Assembly: GCA_050249235.1 (NCBI GenBank)
Contig: JBFWQW010000008.1
Coordinates: 1 to 57,853, forward strand
Origin: Acidimicrobiia bacterium
GTDB lineage: Bacteria > Actinomycetota > Acidimicrobiia > Acidimicrobiales > CADCSY01
Direction of reading: 5' to 3'
DNA length: 57,853 nucleotides
The position numbers and the translations under genes were made by a program. The notes beneath the pieces are model-generated. The model was not told the origin of the DNA. It saw only the letters and a list, made by a program, of their open reading frames with translations, and searched no databases. Of the stretch, positions 36,069 through 45,251 are shown piece by piece; the stretch's first letter is position 1, and every line of letters begins with the position of its first letter.

Positions 36069-37136
36069 GTGAGCGCCGGCGCCGACCTCCTCGGCCTCGC
36101 CGCCGAGCTGGTCGACGTGGCCTCGGTCACCGGTGACGAGGCGGCCCTGGCCGGTCGCCTCGAGGGCGAGCTACGGGGGGTGCCCTGGCTGGTCGTCGAC
36201 CGGGTGGGGGACACCGTGGTGGCCCGGACCCAGCTGGGCCGGCCGGCCCGGGTGATCCTCGCCGGCCACACCGACACCGTGCCGGGACCGCCCGGGGCCC
36301 GGGTCGAGGGCGACGTCCTGCACGGCACCGGCAGCGCCGACATGAAGGCCGCCCTCGCCGTCCAGCTCGAGCTGGCCCGGACGGTCGACGCCCCGGTCCA
36401 CGACGTCACCTACGTCTTCTACGCCCGGGAAGAGGGCAGCTACGCCGGCAACGAGCTCGGCGTGCTGGTGGCCGAGCGGCCGGACCTGCTGGCTGGCGAC
36501 GTCGCCATCCTGGGCGAGCCCACCGACGGCTGGATCGAAGCCGGCTGCCAGGGGAGCCTGCGGGTGGAGCTGGTGCTCGGCGGGCGGCGGGCCCACGCCG
36601 CCCGGCCCTGGCTGGGCGAGAACGCGGTGCACCGGCTCGGCCGGGTCCTGGCCCGGCTCGAGGCCTGGCCCGAGCGCCGCCCGGTGATCGACGGTTGCGA
36701 GTACCGGGAGTCCCTCCAGGCCGTGGCCGTCTCCGGCGGGATCGCCGCCAACGTGGTGCCCGATCGGGCCGGGCTGACCCTGAACCACCGGGTGGCGCCC
36801 GACCGCACCCTCGATGAGGCCCTCGACCACCTCCGGGCCTACCTGGCCCCGGTGCTCCGTGACGGCGACGAGCTGGCCGTCACCGATCGCAGCGACCCGG
36901 CTCCGCCCGGACTCACCCATCCGATCATCGCCGCGTTCATCGACCGGAACCGGCTGAACGTTCGAGCGAAGGTGGCCTGGACCGACGTGGCCCGCTTCGC
37001 CGCCCTCGGCATCCCGGCGGTCAACTACGGGCCAGGCGACCCGGCGCTGGCCCACACCGCCGGCGAGCACGTCGACCGGGCCCCGATCGAGCGGGCCCAC
37101 GCCGCCCTCGCGGCGCTGCTCACCCGGTCGGCCTGA
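36069..37136 (+). CDS. dapE: Succinyl-diaminopimelate desuccinylase
   Basis: AGHTDTV, GSADMK, REE, GEPT, AWTDVARF, NYGPGD..AH. Confidence 0.92.
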   Translation: MSAGADLLGLAAELVDVASVTGDEAALAGRLEGELRGVPWLVVDRVGDTVVARTQLGRPARVILAGHTDTVPGPPGARVEGDVLHGTGSADMKAALAVQLELARTVDAPVHDVTYVFYAREEGSYAGNELGVLVAERPDLLAGDVAILGEPTDGWIEAGCQGSLRVELVLGGRRAHAARPWLGENAVHRLGRVLARLEAWPERRPVIDGCEYRESLQAVAVSGGIAANVVPDRAGLTLNHRVAPDRTLDEALDHLRAYLAPVLRDGDELAVTDRSDPAPPGLTHPIIAAFIDRNRLNVRAKVAWTDVARFAALGIPAVNYGPGDPALAHTAGEHVDRAPIERAHAALAALLTRSA

Positions 37137-37153
37137 GGGCCTGAGGGCTGGCG

Positions 37154-37786
37154 TCAGAGGCGGCGGAGCACCGTCACCACCTTGCCGAACACGGTGACCT
37201 CGTCGGCGGGGAAGCGCAGCGGCGTGAGCCGGGTGTTGCTCGGCAGCAGCACGATCTCGTCGGCCTCCCGCCGGAAGGTCTTCACCGTGGCCTCCTCGCC
37301 GGGGATGCCGGCCACCACGATGTCGCCGTCGCGGGCCTCGGCCTGCTGGCGCACGACCACGTGGTCGCCGTCGAGGATGCCGGCGTCGATCATCGAGTCG
37401 CCCCGGACCCGGAGCATGAAGAGCGTCCCCTCACCGGTGAAGTCGGCCGGGACGGGGACCAGCTCCTCGACGTTCTCGGAGGCGAGCACGTCGGTGCCGG
37501 CGGCGACGTCGCCGACGAGCGGGATGTGGTGCACGGGCCGGCGGTCCATGGTGGCGCCCGAGGCGGGGTCGTAGCGCACCTCGATGGCCCTCGGCTTGCT
37601 GGGATCGCGCAGGAGGTAGCCCCGCCGCTGGAGGGTGGCGAGGTGGGAGTGGACGGTCGACGGCGACGTGAGCCCGACCGCCTCGCCGATCTCGCGCACC
37701 GAGGGCGGGAAGCCGCGGTCGCGCTGCTCGGCGACGATGAAGTCCAGGATCGCCCGCTGGCGGTCGGTCAGCTCGTCGTCGGCCAT
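37154..37786 (-). CDS. lexA: SOS repressor LexA
   Basis: LTDRQRAIL, PPSVREIG, SPSTVHSHL, VAAG cleavage site, GDSM, ATVK; GAGGAGG RBS. Confidence 0.97.
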   Translation of the reverse strand: MADDELTDRQRAILDFIVAEQRDRGFPPSVREIGEAVGLTSPSTVHSHLATLQRRGYLLRDPSKPRAIEVRYDPASGATMDRRPVHHIPLVGDVAAGTDVLASENVEELVPVPADFTGEGTLFMLRVRGDSMIDAGILDGDHVVVRQQAEARDGDIVVAGIPGEEATVKTFRREADEIVLLPSNTRLTPLRFPADEVTVFGKVVTVLRRL

Positions 37787-37868
37787 GGCTCCTCCTCGGT
37801 GGTGCGGGGTCTGCGGGCGGGCACCGGCCGCCGAGGCGGCCGGTGCCCGAACGGTGCATCGAGCGGAC

Positions 37869-37991
37869 TCGAACAGCAGTTCGAGCTCGACGGTAGCCGC
37901 CCGGGGCCCCCGGGGCAAACACCCGTTCGATCGCCCTTGACAGACGAACACCCGTTCTGGTTTCGTGGAGCCGGGAGCGAACAGGCGTTCT
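37869..37991. promoter_or_regulatory. Four LexA boxes in the divergent lexA / LysM promoter region
   Basis: TCGAAC-AGCA-GTTCGA 37869-37884; CAAAC-ACCC-GTTCG 37916-37929; CGAAC-ACCC-GTTCT 37945-37958; CGAAC-AGGC-GTTCT 37978-37991; TTGACA 37937 (+); TACCGT 37890-37895 (-). Confidence 0.9.
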
Positions 37992-38103
37992 CTCCCGGGC
38001 CCAGCGGGGTACCCCCCGGTGGCCGCACCCCCAGGTCCACCCGATTCGCCCGGCTGCGCCGGGTCGCCGATCCGCCGAGCACCGCACCCGCCGGGAGCCA
38101 CCG

Positions 38104-38562
38104 ATGACCGCAACCCTCACCGATCCCATCTCCCCCCTCCGCACCGGCCGGCCAGCCGGCGCCGTCGTCCGGGGGCACCTGCCGCGCCACGAGCGCCGGG
38201 TGCCCCTGCAGGTGGTGGCCCGGCGGCCGGTCGCGGTGCCGCCGGTCGTGGTGCAGCCGGTCGTGGTGCGGCCGGCCGTGGTCTACCGCCGCCGTCGCCT
38301 CGTCGCCCTCGTGGTCGGCCTGGTGCTGGTGGTGTCGGTCGTGGCCACGGCCCGCCTCGGCCTCGCCTGGCTCGGCGACGGCGTCACCGCCGGGGGCACC
38401 TCCCCGACCCCGGCGGTGGTCGTCGCCGAGCCGGGCGACTCGTACTGGAGCCTCGCCGCCGGGCTGGACGTCGGAGGCGACGTGCGGTCCACCGTCGACG
38501 CCCTCGTCCGGGCGAACGGCGGCCGTGAGCTCCGGATCGGCGACCGGATCGTCCTGCGGTGA
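38104..38562 (+). CDS. Membrane LysM protein, probable SOS cell-division inhibitor (YneA/ChiZ/DivS-like)
   Basis: VYRRRR plus TM helix plus LysM-like PGDSYWSLA..LVRANG; divergent from lexA; 15-bp internal repeat 38226-38282. Confidence 0.85.
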   Translation: MTATLTDPISPLRTGRPAGAVVRGHLPRHERRVPLQVVARRPVAVPPVVVQPVVVRPAVVYRRRRLVALVVGLVLVVSVVATARLGLAWLGDGVTAGGTSPTPAVVVAEPGDSYWSLAAGLDVGGDVRSTVDALVRANGGRELRIGDRIVLR

Positions 38563-38646
38563 CGTGGGGGCGACCGGTCCCACCCGAGTCGTCACCGAGC
38601 GGTGTGGCCACGTCGGGCCGGCTGTCGCACCGCTACCGTGCGGGCC

Positions 38647-39117
38647 ATGCGCTGCCCGGTGTGCGCCGGTCTCGACGACAAGGTCGTCGACTCGCGCCTC
38701 GCCGACGAGGGTGCGGCCATCCGTCGCCGACGGGAGTGCCTCGAGTGCGGCCGTCGGTTCACCACCTTCGAGCGGGTCGAGGAGGCGCCGCTCCTGGTCG
38801 TGAAGCGCTCCGGCGATCGGGAGCCCTTCGACCGGGTGAAGCTGGTGCGAGGGGTGGCCTCGGCGGCGAAGAACCGCCCGGTGTCCGAGGCGGCGATGGT
38901 GCAGCTGGCCGCCGACGTCGAGGAGGAGCTCCGGCTGACCGGCAACGAGGTGCCGTCGTCGGCGGTCGGGCTGGCGGTCCTCCGACGCCTCGAGGGGGTC
39001 GATCCGGTCGCCTACCTCCGCTTCGCCAGCGTCTACAAGGGCTTCGAGGACGTCGACGACTTCCAGCGCGAGGTGGTCGCCCTCTCCAAGGCCACGGCAC
39101 CCAAGCGGCACGTATAG
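38647..39117 (+). CDS. nrdR: Transcriptional repressor NrdR
   Basis: MRCPVC..KVVDSR..IRRRRECLECGRRFTTFE, ATP cone, VAYLRFASVY. Confidence 0.97.
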   Translation: MRCPVCAGLDDKVVDSRLADEGAAIRRRRECLECGRRFTTFERVEEAPLLVVKRSGDREPFDRVKLVRGVASAAKNRPVSEAAMVQLAADVEEELRLTGNEVPSSAVGLAVLRRLEGVDPVAYLRFASVYKGFEDVDDFQREVVALSKATAPKRHV

Positions 39118-39324
39118 CCACGCCGCGCGGTCGTCCACACGCCGACCCGTGGTTTCCCCAGGGTGTTCCACAGGGACGCCCGGCAAAGCGCACAAGATGT
39201 GGGGTCTAGCGATCCACAGACCACGCTCCGTACCGTCGCTCGAGATGCCGCAGGGCCAGAGGATCGGGCGTTCCTGGGCGCCTATCGGTCGTCCGGGAGA
39301 GAGTCGTGCGGTCACTCGAGAGAA

Positions 39325-39368
39325 CCTGCGGTTGTCTGGAGAGGGGCCTGCGGTTGTCTGGAGAGGGG
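39325..39368 (+). repeat. Exact 22-bp tandem duplication CCTGCGGTTGTCTGGAGAGGGG
   Basis: 39325-39346 equals 39347-39368, just upstream of TTGACA 39371. Confidence 0.9.
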
Positions 39369-39370
39369 CA

Positions 39371-39459
39371 TTGACAGACTCGTAACTACACTGGTGTAAT
39401 GCCCGGACATCTTGTGGGTGGCCGGCTGGAACAGCCACCTGACCACAAGATGTTGTGGT
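39371..39459 (+). promoter_or_regulatory. nrdJ promoter with tandem NrdR boxes
   Basis: TTGACA 39371; CCCGGACATCTTGTGG 39402-39417 and CCACAAGATGTTGTGG 39443-39458 (41 bp apart). Confidence 0.85.
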
Positions 39460-39550
39460 GGCAGTGGGTGGTCACGATCAGGGGGTCGTGGGCACGGAGA
39501 CGGGACGAGCCCCGGCCCCGAGCGGGTCCGGCAGAGAGAGAACGAGGCAG

Positions 39551-42406
39551 ATGACGATCGCAGCGACGGGCACGGGCATCGGGATCGGGCGGCGGTTCAC
39601 CCGCGAGGGTGTGCACCCCTACGACATGGTCGAGTGGGAACGCCGCGACGCCCGGATCACGAACTTCCGTGACGGTGCGGTCGCCTTCGAGCAGCTCGGC
39701 GTCGAGGTCCCGGTCGGCTGGTCGCTGAACGCCACCAACATCCTTGCCCAGAAGTACTTCCGCGGCTCGCTCGGCACGCCCGAGCGGGAGTCGTCGCTGC
39801 GCCAGGTCGCCGACCGGGTGGTCGACACCGTCACCGCCTGGGGGCGGGCCGACGGCTACTTCGTCGACGACGCCGAGGCCGAGGCCTTCGCCGACGAGCT
39901 CAAGTACCTGATCATCACCCAGCGGGCCGCGTTCAACTCGCCGGTCTGGTTCAACATCGGCGTCAAGGGCGTGCCCCAGCAGGCCTCGGCCTGCTTCATC
40001 CTCTCCGTCGACGACACCATGGACTCGATCCTCAACTGGTACCGGGAGGAGGGCACGATCTTCAAGGGCGGCTCCGGTGCGGGCATCAACCTGTCCCGCA
40101 TCCGCTCGTCGGTCGAGCTCCTCCAGGGCGGCGGCACCGCCTCCGGCCCGGTGTCGTTCATGCGGGGCGCCGACGCCTCGGCCGGCACCATCAAGTCGGG
40201 CGGCAAGACCCGCCGGGCCGCGAAGATGGTCATCCTCGACGTCGACCATCCCGACATCGAGGACTTCATCTGGTGCAAGGCGATCGAGGAGCGCAAGGCG
40301 CGGGTCCTGCGCGACGCCGGCTTCGACATGGACCTCGACGGCAAGGACAGCCACTCGATCCAGTACCAGAACGCCAACAACTCGGTGCGGGTCACCGACG
40401 CGTTCATGCAGGCTGTGGTGGACGGCACCGACTGGGAGCTGAAGGCGGTCACCGACGGCCGGGTGGTGAAGACCGTTCCGGCCCGCGACCTGATGCGCCA
40501 GATCGCCGAGGCGACCTGGCAGTGCGCCGACCCCGGCATGCAGTTCGACACCACCATCAACCGCTGGCACACGTCGTCGAACACCGGCCGTATCAACGGC
40601 TCGAACCCGTGCAGCGAGTACATGCACCTCGACAACTCGGCCTGCAACCTGGCGTCGATGAACCTCCTCGCCTTCCTCGACACCGAGGGCGGCTTCGACG
40701 TCGATGGCTTCAAGTCGGCCACCGAGGTGGTGTTCACGGCCCAGGAGATCCTCGTCGGCAACGCCGACTACCCGACCGAGTCGATCGCCGAGACGTCCCG
40801 CCGCTTCCGCCAGCTCGGCATCGGCTACGCCAACCTCGGCGCCATGCTCATGGCGCTCGGCCTGCCCTACGACTCCGACGCCGGCCGGGCCTGGGCGGCG
40901 TCGATCACGGCGCTGCTCACCGGGCACGCCTACGCCACCTCGGCCAGGACGGCGGCCCGCATGGGCCCCTTCGCCGGGTTCGCCGAGAACGCCGAGCCCA
41001 TGGTCGAGGTCCTGCGCATGCACCGGGCCGCCGTGGCCGAGGTCGACGAGGAGCTGGTGCCCACCGATCTGCTCGGCGCCGCCCAGCAGGCGTGGGACAG
41101 CGCCGTCGAGTGGGGCGAGCGCTACGGGGTGCGCAACTCGCAGGCCTCGGTGCTGGCCCCGACGGGCACCATCGGCCTGCTCATGGACTGCGACACCACC
41201 GGCATCGAGCCCGACCTGGGGCTGTCGAAGATGAAGAAGCTGGTCGGCGGCGGGACGATGACGATCGTCAACCAGACGGTGCCCCGCGCCCTGCGTCGGT
41301 TGGGCTACGACGACGCCCAGGTCGACGACATCGTCGCCTACATCGACGAGCACAAGTCGATCCTCGGCGCTCCCCACCTCGCCGCCGAGCACGTGGCCGT
41401 GTTCGCCTGCTCGATGGGCGACAACCCCATCCACTACCTCGGCCACGTGAAGATGATGGGCGCCGTCCAGCCCTTCATCTCCGGCGCCATCTCCAAGACG
41501 GTGAACATGCCGGAGGAGGTCACCGTCGAGGAGGTCGAGCAGCTCCACCTCGACGCCTGGCGGCTCGGCCTCAAGGCCGTGGCCATCTACCGGGACAACT
41601 GCAAGGTGGCCCAGCCGCTGTCGATGGCCAAGAAGGGCCAGAAGCAGGGAGTGCTCGGCCAGGCGGTCGATGTCGACGAGGTGATCGCGCCGGTCGTCCA
41701 GGTGGTCGAGCGCATCGTGGAGAAGGTCGTCACCTCCCCGAAGCGGGAGCGCCTCCCCCGCAAGCGGAGCTCGAACACCTTCGACTTCCGGGTGGCCGAC
41801 TGCAAGGGCTTCGTCCACGTGGGCGAGTACGACGACGGCCGCCCCGGGGAGCTGTTCATCAACGTCTCGAAGCAGGGCTCGACCCTGGCCGGGATCATGG
41901 ACGCCTTCGCCATCTCGGTCAGCCACGGCCTCCAGTACGGCGTGCCGCTGAAGGCCTTCGTGCGCATGTTCACCAACATGCGCTTCGAGCCGGCCGGCAT
42001 GACCGACGATCCCGACCTGCGCTTCGCCTCGAGCATCGTCGACTACATCTTCCGGCGCCTGGCGATCGACTACCTGCCGCTCGACGAGCGCATGGAGATG
42101 GGGATCCTCGGCGTGAAGGAGCGCATGGAGCCCACCCTCCCCGGCATCGAGGAGGCGACCACGGAGACGTCGACCGGCTACGAGCTGGGCTCGTCCGACG
42201 TGCCGGTCCTGTCGCAGTCGATCGACCTGAGCCCCAAGCCGCTGCCCTTCGAGGAGGCGCCTCTCACCCCGGCGCTCGAGCGGGCCTTCGGCGTGCGCCC
42301 GGCCAACGCCGACGCGCCGTTCTGCAACACCTGCGGCATCCAGATGCAGCGGGCCGGCTCCTGCCACGCCTGCCCGAGCTGCGGTTCCACGAGCGGCTGC
42401 TCGTAG
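39551..42406 (+). CDS. nrdJ: Class II (B12-dependent) ribonucleotide reductase
   Basis: FNSPVWFN, SACFI, SGGKTRRAAKM, NPCSEY, APTGT, SGAISKT, C-terminal CxxC..CxxC..GCS; 951 aa. Confidence 0.96.
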   Translation: MTIAATGTGIGIGRRFTREGVHPYDMVEWERRDARITNFRDGAVAFEQLGVEVPVGWSLNATNILAQKYFRGSLGTPERESSLRQVADRVVDTVTAWGRADGYFVDDAEAEAFADELKYLIITQRAAFNSPVWFNIGVKGVPQQASACFILSVDDTMDSILNWYREEGTIFKGGSGAGINLSRIRSSVELLQGGGTASGPVSFMRGADASAGTIKSGGKTRRAAKMVILDVDHPDIEDFIWCKAIEERKARVLRDAGFDMDLDGKDSHSIQYQNANNSVRVTDAFMQAVVDGTDWELKAVTDGRVVKTVPARDLMRQIAEATWQCADPGMQFDTTINRWHTSSNTGRINGSNPCSEYMHLDNSACNLASMNLLAFLDTEGGFDVDGFKSATEVVFTAQEILVGNADYPTESIAETSRRFRQLGIGYANLGAMLMALGLPYDSDAGRAWAASITALLTGHAYATSARTAARMGPFAGFAENAEPMVEVLRMHRAAVAEVDEELVPTDLLGAAQQAWDSAVEWGERYGVRNSQASVLAPTGTIGLLMDCDTTGIEPDLGLSKMKKLVGGGTMTIVNQTVPRALRRLGYDDAQVDDIVAYIDEHKSILGAPHLAAEHVAVFACSMGDNPIHYLGHVKMMGAVQPFISGAISKTVNMPEEVTVEEVEQLHLDAWRLGLKAVAIYRDNCKVAQPLSMAKKGQKQGVLGQAVDVDEVIAPVVQVVERIVEKVVTSPKRERLPRKRSSNTFDFRVADCKGFVHVGEYDDGRPGELFINVSKQGSTLAGIMDAFAISVSHGLQYGVPLKAFVRMFTNMRFEPAGMTDDPDLRFASSIVDYIFRRLAIDYLPLDERMEMGILGVKERMEPTLPGIEEATTETSTGYELGSSDVPVLSQSIDLSPKPLPFEEAPLTPALERAFGVRPANADAPFCNTCGIQMQRAGSCHACPSCGSTSGCS

Positions 42407-42450
42407 GCCGCTCCCCGTCCGGGCTCCGTCCGGACCCGCTCGAGAGAGAC

Positions 42451-42502
42451 CGAACGGGGGTGCCACCGAAGCCGCCGGGCGGCTCGAGTGGCACCCGGTT
42501 CG
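42451..42502. repeat. Imperfect 52-bp palindrome after nrdJ (terminator or REP-like)
   Basis: CGAACGGGGGTGCCACCGAAGCCGC / GCGGCTCGAGTGGCACCCGGTTCG. Confidence 0.7.
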
Positions 42503-42579
42503 CGTCGGGGGGGTGGGTCGGCGGCCCACGCCCGGCGGTGTCGCTCCGGCGCCGGGCGACCGCTGGCTAGGTTCGGCCC

Positions 42580-43512
42580 ATGCGCCTCGCCATCTGGCCC
42601 ACCCTCCGCCAGGGCTGGAGCGACGTCGTCGACGTGGCCGCCCACGCCGACGCCGCCGGCTGGGATCGCCTGTACCTGGCCGACCACTTCATGGGCGACG
42701 GGGTGAACGACCCGGTCGAGGTGGCCACGCTCGAGGTGACGGCCACGCTGGCCGCCCTGGCCGTGACGACGGAGGGGATCGGCCTCGGCACCCTGGTGCT
42801 CGGCAACACCTACCGGCACCCGGCGGTGGTGGCCAACTGGATCGCCACCGTCGACAACCTGAGCGGGGGCCGGGCCACGCTCGGCCTCGGGGCCGGCTGG
42901 CAGGTGAACGAGCACGAGCAGTACGGCATCGAGCTCCCGAGCCCCGGCGTCCGGCTCCGGCGCCTGGCCGAGGCGTGCGAGGTGATCACCGGCCTGCTCC
43001 ACTCCCCGCCGGTCACCGTCTCGGGCGAGGCCTACCGGCTGCGTGGGGCCGTCTGCGAGCCCCGCCCGGTCGGGCCGGTGCCCCTGCTCGTCGGGGGCCG
43101 GGGCGACCGGATGCTCGGGTTGGTGGCCCGCTGGGCCGACGAGTGGAACCTGTGGGCCGACGCCGCCCGCTACGTCGAGCGGCGGACCGTCCTGCACGCC
43201 CACTGCGAGCGGCTCGGCCGCGACCCGGCCGAGATCTCGACGTCCGCCCAGGCGCTGGTGCTGCTCACCGACGACGATCGGGAGGCGGCCGACTTCGTCG
43301 AGCGCAACACCACCCGGATCAGCGTGGCCGGCACCCCGGCCCGGGTCACCGACTTCATCGGCGAGCTGCTGGCGGCCGGGCTCGACGAGTTCGTCGTGCC
43401 CGACACCTTCCTCGGCCGGGGCGCGGCCCGCCAGGAGGCGATGGCGACCCTCGAGGCGGCGGCGCGGGCGGCCGGCTGGAAACCTCGCCAGGTGGTGCCG
43501 GCGGGCGGCTGA
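42580..43512 (+). CDS. LLM-class flavin/F420-dependent oxidoreductase
   Basis: LADHF, GTLVLGNTYRHPAV, SGGRATLGLGAGW, PLLVGG, WADEWN. Confidence 0.9.
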   Translation: MRLAIWPTLRQGWSDVVDVAAHADAAGWDRLYLADHFMGDGVNDPVEVATLEVTATLAALAVTTEGIGLGTLVLGNTYRHPAVVANWIATVDNLSGGRATLGLGAGWQVNEHEQYGIELPSPGVRLRRLAEACEVITGLLHSPPVTVSGEAYRLRGAVCEPRPVGPVPLLVGGRGDRMLGLVARWADEWNLWADAARYVERRTVLHAHCERLGRDPAEISTSAQALVLLTDDDREAADFVERNTTRISVAGTPARVTDFIGELLAAGLDEFVVPDTFLGRGAARQEAMATLEAAARAAGWKPRQVVPAGG

Positions 43513-43544
43513 CGGGTGCGCCGGGCATCGAGCCCGGCGGGGGC

Positions 43545-43817
43545 TCAATCGCGGTCGCGGCGGGAGCGGCCGGTGAGGATCCCGACCCGGTCGCCGATGG
43601 TGATGAGGGCCACCGCCGTGACGATGGCGACGACGGCCCCCACGACGTTCAGCTCGAGGATGTCGCCGGTGCCGAGGGCATTGGCCACGACGCCGCCCAC
43701 GACCGATCCGATCAGCCCGAGGAGCAGGGTGGTGCCGAAGCCGATGTGCTGGCGCCCGGGGATCACCAGGCGGGCCAGGACGCCGACCACCAGGCCGAAC
43801 ACGACGAAGCCGATCAT
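43545..43817 (-). CDS. GlsB/YeaQ/YmgE transglycosylase-associated membrane protein
   Basis: GLVVGVLARLVIPGRQ..TLLLGLIGSVVGG. Confidence 0.88.
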   Translation of the reverse strand: MIGFVVFGLVVGVLARLVIPGRQHIGFGTTLLLGLIGSVVGGVVANALGTGDILELNVVGAVVAIVTAVALITIGDRVGILTGRSRRDRD

Positions 43818-43948
43818 CCCGGAACCTCCCTGTCCCGGCCGCCGGCCGGCCGGTTCCGCGCACCGTACAAGGCCGGCCGGCGCCGCCCCGGGACGGTGAC
43901 CGGTCGGCGGTCCACCGCCCGGTCGGGTGGCTGGCCGAGACTCTGGGC

Positions 43949-44890
43949 GTGACGAGCGGACCCGACCGAGGCGGCGTCGACCCGACCGGCCTCGACCCGC
44001 ACCAGCCCGATGGGCGGACCCGCCGCTCCGGGCCCCGGCGGCGTTGGGACGCCGGGATCCTCGGCGGCCCGGTCGACGGGCCGGCCCGGATCCGGGCCGC
44101 CTACCCGGAGATCGAGGCCGTGCCCGGTCTACGGGTCGAGCACCGGGGCTCGCGCTTCGGGGGCACCGTCGTCGGCTGGGAGGCCGGGGCGGTGCTCGTC
44201 CTCGGGCGCTCCGGCCAGCACCGCGCCCTGGTGCCCGGCCCGGGAGCGTTCGAGGTCGCCGGGCAGGCCGTCTCGCTGGTGCGGCCCCGCCCGTCCGGCG
44301 CCACGCCCGAGAGGGCGGGGACCGGGGCCCGGACCGCGTCGGGCTCGGTGGCGGTTCCAGGGGCCAGAGCGACGGCGGCGCGGGCGTCGCGCCTGCTCGT
44401 GGAGGGCATCCACGACGCCGAGCTGGTGGAGCGGGTCTGGGGCGACGACCTGCGGGTCGAGGGGGTCGTGGTCGAGCGCCTCGACGGTGCGGACCACCTG
44501 GCCGACGAGATCCGCTCGTTCCGCCCCGGCCCCGGCCGCCGCCTCGGCGTGCTGCTCGACCACCTGGTGCCGGGTTCGAAGGAGGCCCGCCTGGCCGCGA
44601 CCGCGGCCCACCCGCAGGTGCTCGTCACCGGTCACCCGTTCGTCGACATCTGGCAGGCGGTGAAGCCGGCCCGGCTCGGCATCGAGGCCTGGCCGGTGGT
44701 GCCCCGGGGCCGGCCCTGGAAGGAGGGGGTGTGCGCCGCCCTCGGGATGGCCGACCCGCCGGCCCTGTGGCGGCGCATCCTGGCGTCGGTGCGCACGTAC
44801 GCCGACCTCGAGCCGGCCCTCGTGGGCGCGGTGGAGCAGCTCATCGACTTCGTCACCGAGCCGAGCGACCACGACCCTGCGCCGAGCTGA
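43949..44890 (+). CDS. DUF3097 family protein
   Basis: RTASGSVAV, ASRLLVEGIHDAELVERVWGDDLRVEG, LLDHLVPGSKE, GHPFVDIWQAVKP. Confidence 0.88.
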   Translation: MTSGPDRGGVDPTGLDPHQPDGRTRRSGPRRRWDAGILGGPVDGPARIRAAYPEIEAVPGLRVEHRGSRFGGTVVGWEAGAVLVLGRSGQHRALVPGPGAFEVAGQAVSLVRPRPSGATPERAGTGARTASGSVAVPGARATAARASRLLVEGIHDAELVERVWGDDLRVEGVVVERLDGADHLADEIRSFRPGPGRRLGVLLDHLVPGSKEARLAATAAHPQVLVTGHPFVDIWQAVKPARLGIEAWPVVPRGRPWKEGVCAALGMADPPALWRRILASVRTYADLEPALVGAVEQLIDFVTEPSDHDPAPS

Positions 44891-45014
44891 CGGTGACCCT
44901 GCGCCGAGCTGACGGTGACCTTGCGCCGAGCTGGGCGGCGGGAGCCGGTGACGTCGGCGGAGGCCGAGAGACTGCGGGAGGCGGCGACGTCGGCGGAGGC
45001 GGAGACCGGCGGGA
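44873..45014 (+). repeat. 22-bp tandem repeat x~2.8 containing the DUF3097 stop, then a 36-bp-period repeat
   Basis: GACCCTGCGCCGAGCTGACGGT at 44873, 44895, partial 44917; GACGTCGGCGGAGGC at 44950 and 44986. Confidence 0.85.
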
Positions 45015-45026
45015 GGGTGCCGCCGG

Positions 45027-45251
45027 TCAGAGGGAGTCGAGGATCAGCTGCCACGACGCCAGGCCGTGCTCGCACCAGCCGTCGGGCGTGGTGAGGCACT
45101 CGTCGGGGGCCCGGCAGAGGCCGTCGGCGGCCAGCTCGGCCAGGGTCTCGGCATCCGGCGCGGCCCAGCCGCTGTGGTGCTCGAACCAGGCCACGGCGGC
45201 GGCCACCGCCGCCTCCGCCCCGCCGTCGGGCTCGCCGGCGGCCGCGGTCAC
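45027..45251 (-). CDS. Small hypothetical protein with Cys/His (putative zinc-binding) motif
   Basis: ..GLCRAPDECLTTPDGWCEHGLASWQL; start uncertain. Confidence 0.6.
   Translation of the reverse strand: MTAAAGEPDGGAEAAVAAAVAWFEHHSGWAAPDAETLAELAADGLCRAPDECLTTPDGWCEHGLASWQLILDSL

Noticed and set aside
37848-37861. Fifth SOS box CGAAC-GGTG-CATCG
   Set aside because: Two mismatches in one half-site core; too weak to call
39118-39550. Cobalamin riboswitch upstream of nrdJ
   Set aside because: No B12-box motifs seen; the region is explained by promoter and NrdR boxes
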